Assembly (NCBI GenBank): GCA_902525615.1
Contig: CABZHT010000001.1
Span: forward strand, 50,813-114,812
Source of the DNA: an uncultured Fidelibacterota bacterium
GTDB lineage: Bacteria > Fidelibacterota > Marinisomatia > Marinisomatales > Marinisomataceae
Length of the DNA stretch: 64,000 bases
Reading direction: 5' to 3'
Part shown: positions 46,741 through 55,490 of the stretch, piece by piece
Position numbering within the stretch: the stretch's first letter is position 1
Layout of the letters: the number at the start of each line of letters is the position of its first letter
Made by a program: the position numbers and the translations under genes
The notes under the pieces: generated by a model
What the model was told of the DNA's origin: nothing
Databases searched by the model: none
Seen by the model: the letters and a program-made list of their open reading frames with translations, nothing else

Positions 46741-47365
46741 AACTAAACTCCTTCTTTTTTGTTTGTTTTAAAATTTTGACAATCCTAAAGATTTTTGACT
46801 TACTTTTTAATCCAGGACTTTTTTCAACACCACTATTTATGTCAACTGCGTGAGGATTAATCTGATTAATACCATCTAAAATATTTTTCTCATTTAAACC
46901 CCCTGATAGTATGATTGGAAGATTGAATTTCACATTTTCAATCACTTTCCAATTAAAGATTTTACCAGTACCTCCAAATTGATTTTTTGTTCTATTATCG
47001 AGCAAAATTGCGTGTACATCATAATTTTTTATTACATTTAAATCACTTTTTTTTGAAACAGATAAAGCTTTTATGACCGGAACTTTGAAATTATTACAAA
47101 ATTCAGGTGTTTCATCTCCATGTAGCTGAATTGCATCAAGATTTAATTCATTTATGATATCATTGATAATATTTTCATTCTCATTTACAAAAATGCCAAT
47201 TTTTTTTAACCCAGAAGAACTCATGCTGATTTTTTTTGCATTTTCTATATCAACATATCTTGGGCTTTTATCATAAAATATCATGCCTATAGCAGATGCC
47301 CCAGCAGTTTTTGCATGCATAGCATCTTTATAATTAGTTATACCACAAATTTTTAAGTCAATCAT
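46733..47365 (-). CDS. trpF: Phosphoribosylanthranilate isomerase
   Basis: 210 aa. N-terminal KICGIT motif and QLHGDE. Confidence 0.9.
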   Translation of the reverse strand: MIDLKICGITNYKDAMHAKTAGASAIGMIFYDKSPRYVDIENAKKISMSSSGLKKIGIFVNENENIINDIINELNLDAIQLHGDETPEFCNNFKVPVIKALSVSKKSDLNVIKNYDVHAILLDNRTKNQFGGTGKIFNWKVIENVKFNLPIILSGGLNEKNILDGINQINPHAVDINSGVEKSPGLKSKSKIFRIVKILKQTKKKEFSFG

Positions 47366-48120
47366 AGCCCTTTAATAATTCTTTCAAGTTTTTTTCCAGG
47401 ATTATTACTTTTCATTAAAGATGTTCCCATAAGTATCGCATCATATCCCAGTTGTTCAACAATTTTTATTTTTTTAGTACTTTTAAAACCGCTTTCAGCA
47501 ACCTTAAGCGAATCTTTAGGTAGTTTTGGATAAAATCTCTCAAATCTTGAAAAATCAAGTTCCATTTTTTTTAAATTTCTACAATTAACGCCGACAATTG
47601 TTGGATTAAGCTCGTTAATAGTCAAAAGGTTTTTTCTATCGTGAATTTCTACCAATGTTTCCAATTTTTCATTTAATCCAAGGTTATAAAGGTCTGCCAA
47701 ATCATTGTAGTCCAAGGCTTCAGCAATTAATAAAAAAGCGTCAGAACCATGGCTCATTCCTTGTAAAATTTGTTTTTTACTTATGATAAAATCTTTTTGC
47801 ATAACAGGAATGTTCACTGCGTTTTTAATATCCTTTAAAAATTTAATATCACCATTAAAAAATCGTTTATCAGTTAGAACAGAAATAGCTGCAGCGCCAG
47901 CATTTTCATAATCTTTAGCAATTTGAATATGTTCACCTTTTTTAAGAATTATCCCTTCGCTTGGTGATGCAAATTTTATTTCTGCAATTATAGATATTTT
48001 GTCTCTTTTTAAAGCTTTTTTTAAACTGAGCCTTTTAAAGTTGGAGCTTTCTAAATGTATTTCAGGAATTTTCTCAATTTCTGTTTTTTTATGATTCAAA
48101 ATCTTATCTAAAATATTCAC
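47362..48120 (-). CDS. trpC: Indole-3-glycerol phosphate synthase
   Basis: 252 aa. IIAEIKFASPSEG motif and VGVNCRNL. Confidence 0.92.
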   Translation of the reverse strand: MNILDKILNHKKTEIEKIPEIHLESSNFKRLSLKKALKRDKISIIAEIKFASPSEGIILKKGEHIQIAKDYENAGAAAISVLTDKRFFNGDIKFLKDIKNAVNIPVMQKDFIISKKQILQGMSHGSDAFLLIAEALDYNDLADLYNLGLNEKLETLVEIHDRKNLLTINELNPTIVGVNCRNLKKMELDFSRFERFYPKLPKDSLKVAESGFKSTKKIKIVEQLGYDAILMGTSLMKSNNPGKKLERIIKGL

Positions 48121-49112
48121 TTTTGTATACCTTTCAATGCCTTAAGAGCCGATAAAGAATCGACTGATTCTTCCGCTAAAGAATAACCTTCTTTTAAAGA
48201 CGTTGCTTTACCTCCAACCATGATTCCTGCAGCGGCATTCAGCAAAACTATGTCTCTGTGAGGACCTTTTTTTCCATTTAAAATATCCAAAATAATTTTT
48301 GCATTAATATCTGAAGTACCTCCTTGTAAATCTTTATGTTTGGACAATGAAATTCCTATAGACTTTGGATCAAATTTTAAGTTGATAATTTTACTATCGT
48401 TTAAAAAATAAGAAATATTAGAATCACAAGTAGTGGTTAGCTCGTCAAGGCCATCATCTCCGTTAAAAACCATAACATTTTTTGAACCTAAATTTTTCAA
48501 AACTTGTGTTTGAATTTTAGTCAATGATGGTTCAAAAACCCCCATTGCTTGATTTTTAACATTTGCAGGATTGCATAATGGACCTAAAATATTGAAAACT
48601 GTTTTAATTTTTAATTTACTTCTAACATTCATAGCATTTTTTACAGCTGGATGAAAATTGGGAGCAAACATGAAACATATATTATTTTTTTCTAAACTTC
48701 GAATACAATTTTCATTTGATTTATTTATATCTACGTTCAATGCTTCAAGAACATCAGCTGAACCTGATTTTGATGTCATAGATCTATTACCATGTTTAGC
48801 TACCTTTATTCCTGCTCCAGCCACAACAATTGATGATGCAGTTGAAATATTAAATGTTCCAGAATAATCTCCGCCTGTACCACACATATCAATAGCAGAA
48901 AAATTAAGATCTAATTCAATCATAGTTTGTCGCATAGCTTTTGCAAAACCAGTTATTTCATCAACTGTTTCTCCTTTTGACCTTAAACCAACTAATAAAG
49001 CTGCAATTTGAATGTCATCTAGATTTCCTTTCATTAATTTTAGCATAATTTCAAAAGCTTCTTTCTCGTTAAGGTTTTCTTTTTTTACAACTTTTTTTAT
49101 TGATTCAATCAT
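48117..49112 (-). CDS. trpD: Anthranilate phosphoribosyltransferase
   Basis: 331 aa. CGTGGD and KHGNRS motifs. Confidence 0.95.
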   Translation of the reverse strand: MIESIKKVVKKENLNEKEAFEIMLKLMKGNLDDIQIAALLVGLRSKGETVDEITGFAKAMRQTMIELDLNFSAIDMCGTGGDYSGTFNISTASSIVVAGAGIKVAKHGNRSMTSKSGSADVLEALNVDINKSNENCIRSLEKNNICFMFAPNFHPAVKNAMNVRSKLKIKTVFNILGPLCNPANVKNQAMGVFEPSLTKIQTQVLKNLGSKNVMVFNGDDGLDELTTTCDSNISYFLNDSKIINLKFDPKSIGISLSKHKDLQGGTSDINAKIILDILNGKKGPHRDIVLLNAAAGIMVGGKATSLKEGYSLAEESVDSLSALKALKGIQK

Positions 49113-49676
49113 CTATATCTCCAAAAAATTTTTAATTATGGCTTTTCCGTCTTTTGTAGCAATCGATTCAGGGTGAAATTGAACTCCATAAAGATTTGAA
49201 GTCTTGTGTTTAAGCCCCATGATGGTTTTATTATCAGTTTCAGCAATTACTTTCAAGCAAGAAGGTAAAGAAGCTTTGTCAACAATAAGCGAATGATATC
49301 TAGTGGCATTAAAGCTATCATTTATACCTTTAAATAATTTTGAACCAAAATGATTAATATTTGAAACTTTACCATGCATAATTTTTTTCGCTTGAACTAT
49401 TTCACCACCAAAAGCATATCCAATTGCCTGATGTCCTAGACAAACACCTAATATTGGAACTTTTTGATAAAAATGTTGAATGACTTCAACAATATTTCCT
49501 GCGTTTTCAGGTTTTCCCGGTCCAGGAGAAATAACTATATGGGAAGGATTGATTTCTTTAACATTTTTTAAGGATGTTTCATTATTTCTTTTGGTAACAA
49601 TATCTTTCTTTATGTCACCAATATATTGCACAAGATTGTAAGTAAAGCTATCGTAGTTATCAATAACAAGTATCAT
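49113..49676 (-). CDS. trpG: Anthranilate synthase component II (glutamine amidotransferase)
   Basis: 187 aa. Triad context GVCLGHQ and QFHPES. Confidence 0.95.
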   Translation of the reverse strand: MILVIDNYDSFTYNLVQYIGDIKKDIVTKRNNETSLKNVKEINPSHIVISPGPGKPENAGNIVEVIQHFYQKVPILGVCLGHQAIGYAFGGEIVQAKKIMHGKVSNINHFGSKLFKGINDSFNATRYHSLIVDKASLPSCLKVIAETDNKTIMGLKHKTSNLYGVQFHPESIATKDGKAIIKNFLEI

Positions 49677-51154
49677 TTTATCAATCCATTTTCAGCAAGA
49701 TCAATTGCAGCATTCATGACTTTTGCTTTATTTACAGTTTCATCAAACTCTTTTGATGGAATCGAATCATAAACAATACCAGCTCCAGCTTGAAAGTATG
49801 CAATTTTGTTTTTTAAAATCATAGTTCTTATTGAAATGCAAGTGTTTAAGTTTCCGTTAAAATCTATAAAACCAATTGCTCCTGAAAAAATACCTCTACT
49901 ATCATTTTCTAATTCATTAATTATCTCCATTGCTCTAATTTTTGGTGCTCCTGAAACTGTCCCGGCAGGAAAACCACTTTTTAAAGCATCAAAAATGTTT
50001 TTATCTTTCATAAGTGTTCCTCTTACATCTGAAACGATATGCATCACATGTGAATACATCTCAATATTCATTTTTTCTTTAATTTTAACACTGTCAAATT
50101 CAGAGACTCTTCCAACATCATTTCTTCCTAAATCAAGCAACATCAAGTGTTCAGCTAATTCCTTTTTATCGTTTAATAAATCTTGAGCATTTTTTTCATC
50201 CTCTGCTGAATTTTTACCCCTCAATCTAGTACCAGCAATTGGACGAATTTCAATTTCACCTTCCTGTACTTTAATCATAAGCTCAGGAGAAGCACCAATA
50301 ACATCAAATGAATCAATTTTTAAATGGAACATATATGGTGAAGGATTAATAGACCTTAATGCTCTGTAAATATTTAAAGGTTCTGATAAGGTTTTTCTTT
50401 CAAATCTTTGACTCAAAACAACTTGAAAAATATCGCCAGACTTAACATATTTTTTTGCTTTATTTACAATTTTTTCAAATTCACTTTTTTTAAAGTTAGA
50501 GATTGTAGGAAATGATTTTGTGACTAATGGAGTTCTAAATTCATGATTCGAATGTAATAAATTTCCAATAGAATCAACTCTTGAATTAGCCTCATCAAAA
50601 AGTTCATTTAAATTTGTACTTCTTTCAAAATTTACGTTTGATACTGCAATAGCGTCGCCATTTAAGTGATCAAAAACAATTATGTCTTCAAAAAGCATAA
50701 ATTTTGAATCAGGTATTTGTAAATATTTCGTTTTTTTAACTGGAACATTTTCGAAAAAATCAATCATTTCATATCCAAAGTAACCAACAATTCCTCCTGT
50801 AAAATGTGGAAGTTGATTTAGTTTTTGGCTTTTATATGAATCATTTAAATTTTTCAAAAAATCAAAGAAGTTAGCATCTATTTTTTTTCGTTTACCATTA
50901 ATAACCTCAAATAAAGTCTTCTGGTCATATTCAAAAATTCTTGATGGATTTATGCCAACATAAGAATATCTGCCATTTTTCTTTGCTTTCTCCACAGATT
51001 CAAGAATGAATCCGTAATCGGAGTGCATTGATAAATTTGCCCAGGCTGCAGTAGGTGTAATCGTATCTGCCATTATTCTTTTGAAAAAAGGCACAACTTT
51101 TCTTCCATCTTTTGCAAGCAATTTAAATTCTTTTTTTGATAATTTATTTTTCAT
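49673..51154 (-). CDS. trpE: Anthranilate synthase component I
   Basis: 493 aa. GDIFQVVLSQRF and chorismate-binding C-terminal motifs (GAIGFIDFNGN, IRT). Confidence 0.95.
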   Translation of the reverse strand: MKNKLSKKEFKLLAKDGRKVVPFFKRIMADTITPTAAWANLSMHSDYGFILESVEKAKKNGRYSYVGINPSRIFEYDQKTLFEVINGKRKKIDANFFDFLKNLNDSYKSQKLNQLPHFTGGIVGYFGYEMIDFFENVPVKKTKYLQIPDSKFMLFEDIIVFDHLNGDAIAVSNVNFERSTNLNELFDEANSRVDSIGNLLHSNHEFRTPLVTKSFPTISNFKKSEFEKIVNKAKKYVKSGDIFQVVLSQRFERKTLSEPLNIYRALRSINPSPYMFHLKIDSFDVIGASPELMIKVQEGEIEIRPIAGTRLRGKNSAEDEKNAQDLLNDKKELAEHLMLLDLGRNDVGRVSEFDSVKIKEKMNIEMYSHVMHIVSDVRGTLMKDKNIFDALKSGFPAGTVSGAPKIRAMEIINELENDSRGIFSGAIGFIDFNGNLNTCISIRTMILKNKIAYFQAGAGIVYDSIPSKEFDETVNKAKVMNAAIDLAENGLIK

Positions 51155-51161
51155 TTTATGT

Positions 51162-51188
51162 AAAAAAAAACCCCGATAAACGGGGTTT
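51162..51188 (-). terminator. Attenuator terminator directly upstream of trpE
   Basis: Minus strand: AAACCCCG-TTTAT-CGGGGTTT, then T6 (9 T in a row in total), then ACATAAA-ATG. The hairpin ends 13 nt before the trpE start. Confidence 0.8.
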
Positions 51189-51214
51189 CAAAATCTTGTT
51201 TACATGAACTTGAC

Positions 51215-51274
51215 TTACAAGACAGATTCCCCGACTTGAAAATACCACTTCCATGTTTTTGAGTTATTTTTCAC
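51215..51274 (-). CDS. Candidate Trp leader peptide ORF (19 aa, GTG start): (M)KNNSKTWKWYFQVGESVL
   Basis: Not in ORF track. GTG AAA AAT AAC TCA AAA ACA TGG AAG TGG TAT TTT CAA GTC GGG GAA TCT GTC TTG TAA. Same length, same MKN start and same spacing to the terminator as the Phe/Tyr leader. Confidence 0.45.
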   Translation of the reverse strand: MKNNSKTWKWYFQVGESVL

Positions 51275-51280
51275 ACGAAA

Positions 51281-51309
51281 ATATTAAAACATAAAATAAA
51301 ATTTTGCAA
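51281..51309 (-). promoter_or_regulatory. Candidate sigma70-type promoter of the trp leader
   Basis: Minus strand: TTGCAA (51309-51304), 17 nt, TAATAT (51286-51281), then 6 nt to the GTG. The -35 starts 5 nt after the acylase stop codon. Sequence-only prediction. Confidence 0.35.
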
Positions 51310-51313
51310 ATAC

Positions 51314-53710
51314 TTATTTTGATTTGAATACTAATTTTGATGATTTTGAAGAATTTATAGCATCATAAGTAAACATAAATGGCTTGAATTCTCCTCTATT
51401 ATACATCTCTGTTTGATCACGATAATGTTTGGATCTAAATAATCCAGATTGCCCAGTTGGAAGTATGCTAAAACCATTATCAAAATCAGAAAAATCGATT
51501 ATTCTTCTCATTGAGGAACCTGCTCGAACATCAAAAGGCTTGCTAACAGAATAGCTTGCAGCTCTAGGAGTCATTTCTGATCCTGCCATTGGAAATGGTC
51601 CAACACTAAAATTTATTAATCTTTGAACCAGAGGATCTGCATCTAAATTATGCTCATAAGTAACTTGATGAACATCTCCCCATATAAGCTCTGAAGGATT
51701 TCCATATTTATCTTTAAGAAAAATAAATGCGTCTTCAAAAGACTTGTTCACAATATCGTTAAGGGTCTCTTTTTTAACAGTTTTTACATTATCAACCCAA
51801 AGATTAGTCTTACCATCAAAAATGTTTCTAATTGCTTGTGTTCTTATGTATTTAAGGCTATAGAATGTATCAAATGATCCATCACCAAAGCTCTGTAACT
51901 CATCTTGAAATATATTTTGAACAAGGTGAATATAAATTGCATGAAATGCAACAGCCCCTTTTGAATCTAATGATTCAACACCATCCCAATCTTTGAGCAT
52001 TTCATATATTTTATCAGCATTATCTGAAAAACCTAACAAATAGTTCTGAACAAAAAGTGGAGCGTATTGTTGGCCAAATGGAGCAGTTACTTCATTAAGA
52101 ATAGACTTCATATCTTCAGTTGATAATTTTATGTCCGTGTTTAATCTCCTATCAATTTGAGTAGCTCTACTAGGATCAGCCCAATATCTTGATATATAAT
52201 AAGGATATTCGTTACCAACAATTTTATTATTTCCGTTTGAAATATATCCTTTTTCAGGATTAAAAGAGAATGGCATTTCATCAAAGGAAATGTATCCTTG
52301 CCAATCATACTTAGTTGTGCTTCCATCAAAAGGAACAAGTTTATCAGCATCAAGTCTGATAGGAATTTTTGTACTTGGTCTCCATCCAATATTTCCATCT
52401 TTGTCAGCGTACGTCCAATTTTGTCCAGGAGCTCCAAACAACTTTGAAGCTTCATTAAAATCTTCCCAATTTCTTGCTTTTGCAAGCATAAATAAGCCAG
52501 TGGTTTCGTCAAACGCATCAAATTCTGTCCATCTAAATGATATAGCTTTATTCAAAGCTTTGGCGTCTCGATGAATTTCAGATATGATTGGACCTCTATG
52601 AGTAGATCTAATAATAATTTTGCTCTTTGAACCTGATTTAAGGACTAATTCTTCCTCAACAATAACTAAATCTCTCCATTCGCCATCTACGTAGTATTTT
52701 GTTTGATCTTCGTTAAGTGTTTCGATATAAAAATCCATATCATCAGTCATCACATTTGTAAAACCCCATCCAATATTTTCGTTATGTCCAATCACCGGAA
52801 GTGGGATACCATACAATCCATATCCTCCAAAATTATAATTATCACTTTTTAAACGAATCTCATACCACCAAGGAGGTAAATTATATGCTAAATGTGGATC
52901 ATTGGCTAATAAAGGCTTACCAGATGTAGTTTTTGTTCCAGAAACTGCCCATGCATTAGAACCATATCCATGTCTATCAGTTTTCAGTAAATTTCTCAAA
53001 TCTTCCGTATCGCTAGCGTACTGCTTAAATGATTTTAACAGAACGTCATTTGATGCAATGGTAACAAAATTTGGATCATATGATGGTAAGATTTCTGATA
53101 AATATTCTGGGCCAAGTTGTTCATTAATTGCTCCAAAAAATAATTCAGAATCCCATCCACCTTGTAGTTCCCATGCCATCATAGTGCTTAAAGCAACGAT
53201 ATCAAGTGGTTCAAAGACTGGAAGATCGTCTATTTGTAATAACTTAAACTCTAACGGATATTTAGATGGAGTGAGGCTTTGAACATAAGCGTTTATCCCG
53301 TAGCAGGTGTCTTCTAAATGCTTTAGTATATCTGCAGGAACTTTTTTTAAGGTTTTTTGGGCGATTTTTTCAAATCCTAATGTTCTCAAAAAACGATCTT
53401 CAGAAAATAAGGTATCATTTACAACATAACTGAGCTGGCCTTTATATGCATACTTCAAAAAAGCCATTTGAAACAATCTATCTCTTGCTCCTAGATAACC
53501 TGCAACTTTAAACATATCAGAATCGTTTTCAGCAAAAACACTTGGAACACCATAATCATCAAATAATACTTCAACATCATTTTGTAAAGATAGTTCTTGA
53601 TTTATTCCATCATATTTAACGTTGGCTGGTTTTAAAAAAGAATTGACGGAAAAATTAATTAAAATTATTAAAGTAATTGCAAAAAAAAGAACCTTATATA
53701 CCTTTCCCAT
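51314..53710 (-). CDS. Penicillin/cephalosporin/AHL acylase family protein (Ntn hydrolase, S45)
   Basis: 798 aa. N-terminal signal/anchor. Candidate autoprocessing nucleophile Ser in GYGSNAWAVSG, followed by LLANDPHL. Confidence 0.85.
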   Translation of the reverse strand: MGKVYKVLFFAITLIILINFSVNSFLKPANVKYDGINQELSLQNDVEVLFDDYGVPSVFAENDSDMFKVAGYLGARDRLFQMAFLKYAYKGQLSYVVNDTLFSEDRFLRTLGFEKIAQKTLKKVPADILKHLEDTCYGINAYVQSLTPSKYPLEFKLLQIDDLPVFEPLDIVALSTMMAWELQGGWDSELFFGAINEQLGPEYLSEILPSYDPNFVTIASNDVLLKSFKQYASDTEDLRNLLKTDRHGYGSNAWAVSGTKTTSGKPLLANDPHLAYNLPPWWYEIRLKSDNYNFGGYGLYGIPLPVIGHNENIGWGFTNVMTDDMDFYIETLNEDQTKYYVDGEWRDLVIVEEELVLKSGSKSKIIIRSTHRGPIISEIHRDAKALNKAISFRWTEFDAFDETTGLFMLAKARNWEDFNEASKLFGAPGQNWTYADKDGNIGWRPSTKIPIRLDADKLVPFDGSTTKYDWQGYISFDEMPFSFNPEKGYISNGNNKIVGNEYPYYISRYWADPSRATQIDRRLNTDIKLSTEDMKSILNEVTAPFGQQYAPLFVQNYLLGFSDNADKIYEMLKDWDGVESLDSKGAVAFHAIYIHLVQNIFQDELQSFGDGSFDTFYSLKYIRTQAIRNIFDGKTNLWVDNVKTVKKETLNDIVNKSFEDAFIFLKDKYGNPSELIWGDVHQVTYEHNLDADPLVQRLINFSVGPFPMAGSEMTPRAASYSVSKPFDVRAGSSMRRIIDFSDFDNGFSILPTGQSGLFRSKHYRDQTEMYNRGEFKPFMFTYDAINSSKSSKLVFKSK

Positions 53711-53764
53711 AACTAAAGGTAAGAAAAAAATTAAAAATATCTTATTGAAAACTTTTTTATAGTT

Positions 53765-54109
53765 TTATCCAATAGCTTTTTTACCTTTTTCATTAGTTCT
53801 TATTCGAATGCATTCTTCAATTGGTAAAATAAAAATTTTACCTCTACCTTTATCTTGATATTTATTTGCAACTTTACAAATAGCTTCTACTGCAGCATCT
53901 ACATAATCATTGTTAACAGCTATTTCAAGTCTCACTTTTTTTAGGAGAGTTATTTCATGAGAAATTCCTCGATAAACCTCTTGAATAGGTATTTCTTTTC
54001 CTTGACCTAACGCATTTGATACAGTGAATTTGTAAATCTTCCTTTTGAGAAGTTCCTCTTTAATTTCAGGAAGCTCCTCTGGTTGAACAATTGCAATTAT
54101 TAACTTCAT
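53765..54109 (-). CDS. glnK: P-II nitrogen regulatory protein (GlnK-like, Amt-linked)
   Basis: 114 aa. P-II fold motifs (T-loop YRG, GRGKIFI, RIRT). T-loop position 51 is His rather than Tyr by alignment to E. coli GlnB from memory. Confidence 0.85.
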   Translation of the reverse strand: MKLIIAIVQPEELPEIKEELLKRKIYKFTVSNALGQGKEIPIQEVYRGISHEITLLKKVRLEIAVNNDYVDAAVEAICKVANKYQDKGRGKIFILPIEECIRIRTNEKGKKAIG

Positions 54110-54120
54110 TTTTCTCTCCT

Positions 54121-55353
54121 TTATTCAACTGTAAAAATTTGAAATCCTGAATACGATTCCATTTCATGTTCAGCAATATCTAAACCAATGATTTCTTCTT
54201 GTTCGGATACTCTTACGCCCATTAAAACTTTTATAGAATAAAAAATTAAAAAAGCCGATAAAGTACTGAAAATTCCATATGATAATACACCTATAAACTG
54301 GGTTCCAAAAGAATGATTGGTTGAAAATATTCCGACAGCTAATGTACCCCATATTCCACATACAAGATGAACCGATATTGCTCCTACAGGATCATCAATC
54401 TTAATTTTATCAAAAAATATAATAGAAAAAACGACTAACATACCTGAGATTAAACCTACATATATCGCATTCATTGGAGATATAACATCTGCTCCAGCAG
54501 TTATACCCACAAGTCCAGCTAATGAACCATTTAGAATCATTGATAAATCGTTGGTTTTTAAGTAAAAGACAGAGGCCAACAATGAACCAACAATTCCAGC
54601 GGCAGCCGACAAGGATGTTGTCACAAAAACATAAGATACTGAACCGGGATCAGCTGAAAGTACTGAACCTCCGTTAAATCCATACCAACCAAACCATAAA
54701 AGAAATACTCCTATAGCTGCAAGAGGCATATTATGTCCCATTATTGGTTTTACTCCTCCTTTTGTATATTTTCCAATTCTTGGACCGAGCAAGTATGCAC
54801 AAACTAAAGCAGCCCATCCACCAACACTGTGTACCACTGTGGAACCAGCAAAGTCATAAAAACCCATTTGATGTAAGAATCCTCCACCCCATTTCCATGA
54901 ACCTGCAATTGGATAAATTAGAGCAACATACAATAATGAAAACAATAAAAATGAATTTAATTTTATTCTTTCAGCTACTGCACCTGAAACAATTGTTGCA
55001 GCAGTTGCAGCAAACATTGCTTGAAAAATAAAGTCTGTATAGTATGTGTATTGACCACTAGCATATTCAATGAGCCCAGCGTCTCCAGCTGGAACATTTA
55101 GACCCCAGCCACCAAAACCAAAGAATTGACCAATAGAAAAATCACCAGGATACATTAAATTAAAACCACAAAGAGCATATGTTAATAGACCTATAGAAAT
55201 TATGCTTACATTTTTAAACAGAATATTAACAGTATTTTTAGTTCTTGTTAATCCTGTTTCAAGTGCTGAAAAACCTAAATGCATTATGAATACTAATATA
55301 GTAGCAACAAGCATCCATAAATTATTTACTGTGAAAAGTTCTAATGAATTCAC
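54121..55353 (-). CDS. amt: Ammonium transporter
   Basis: 410 aa polytopic. Amt signature DFAGSTVVHSVGGWAAL. GTG start preceded by a G-rich SD. Confidence 0.95.
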   Translation of the reverse strand: MNSLELFTVNNLWMLVATILVFIMHLGFSALETGLTRTKNTVNILFKNVSIISIGLLTYALCGFNLMYPGDFSIGQFFGFGGWGLNVPAGDAGLIEYASGQYTYYTDFIFQAMFAATAATIVSGAVAERIKLNSFLLFSLLYVALIYPIAGSWKWGGGFLHQMGFYDFAGSTVVHSVGGWAALVCAYLLGPRIGKYTKGGVKPIMGHNMPLAAIGVFLLWFGWYGFNGGSVLSADPGSVSYVFVTTSLSAAAGIVGSLLASVFYLKTNDLSMILNGSLAGLVGITAGADVISPMNAIYVGLISGMLVVFSIIFFDKIKIDDPVGAISVHLVCGIWGTLAVGIFSTNHSFGTQFIGVLSYGIFSTLSAFLIFYSIKVLMGVRVSEQEEIIGLDIAEHEMESYSGFQIFTVE

Positions 55354-55490
55354 TTAAAACCCCCGCTTTTATTATTTTAATAAAATTTTAAAAAAATAAA
55401 GTCAAAAAGACAAAGAAAATTAATTATTAAGTATATTATAATTAATAACTTAATATTTTTAAGTAAAAACGATATTACTATTAAATTAAG

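Noticed and set aside
51152-51254. ATG-initiated frame in the trp leader (MEVVFSSRGICLVSQVHVNKILKPRLSGFFFYIK).
   Set aside because: It contains no Trp codons and would be translated straight through the terminator hairpin into the trpE start. The GTG frame with W-K-W mirrors the Phe/Tyr leader, so it is preferred, though neither is proven.
55425-55455. Inverted repeat TATTAAGT-15 nt-ACTTAATA upstream of amt, considered as a nitrogen-regulator operator.
   Set aside because: An 8-bp all-A/T-plus-one-G arm in about 85% AT intergenic DNA is plausibly chance. It matches no known operator consensus that I recognise.
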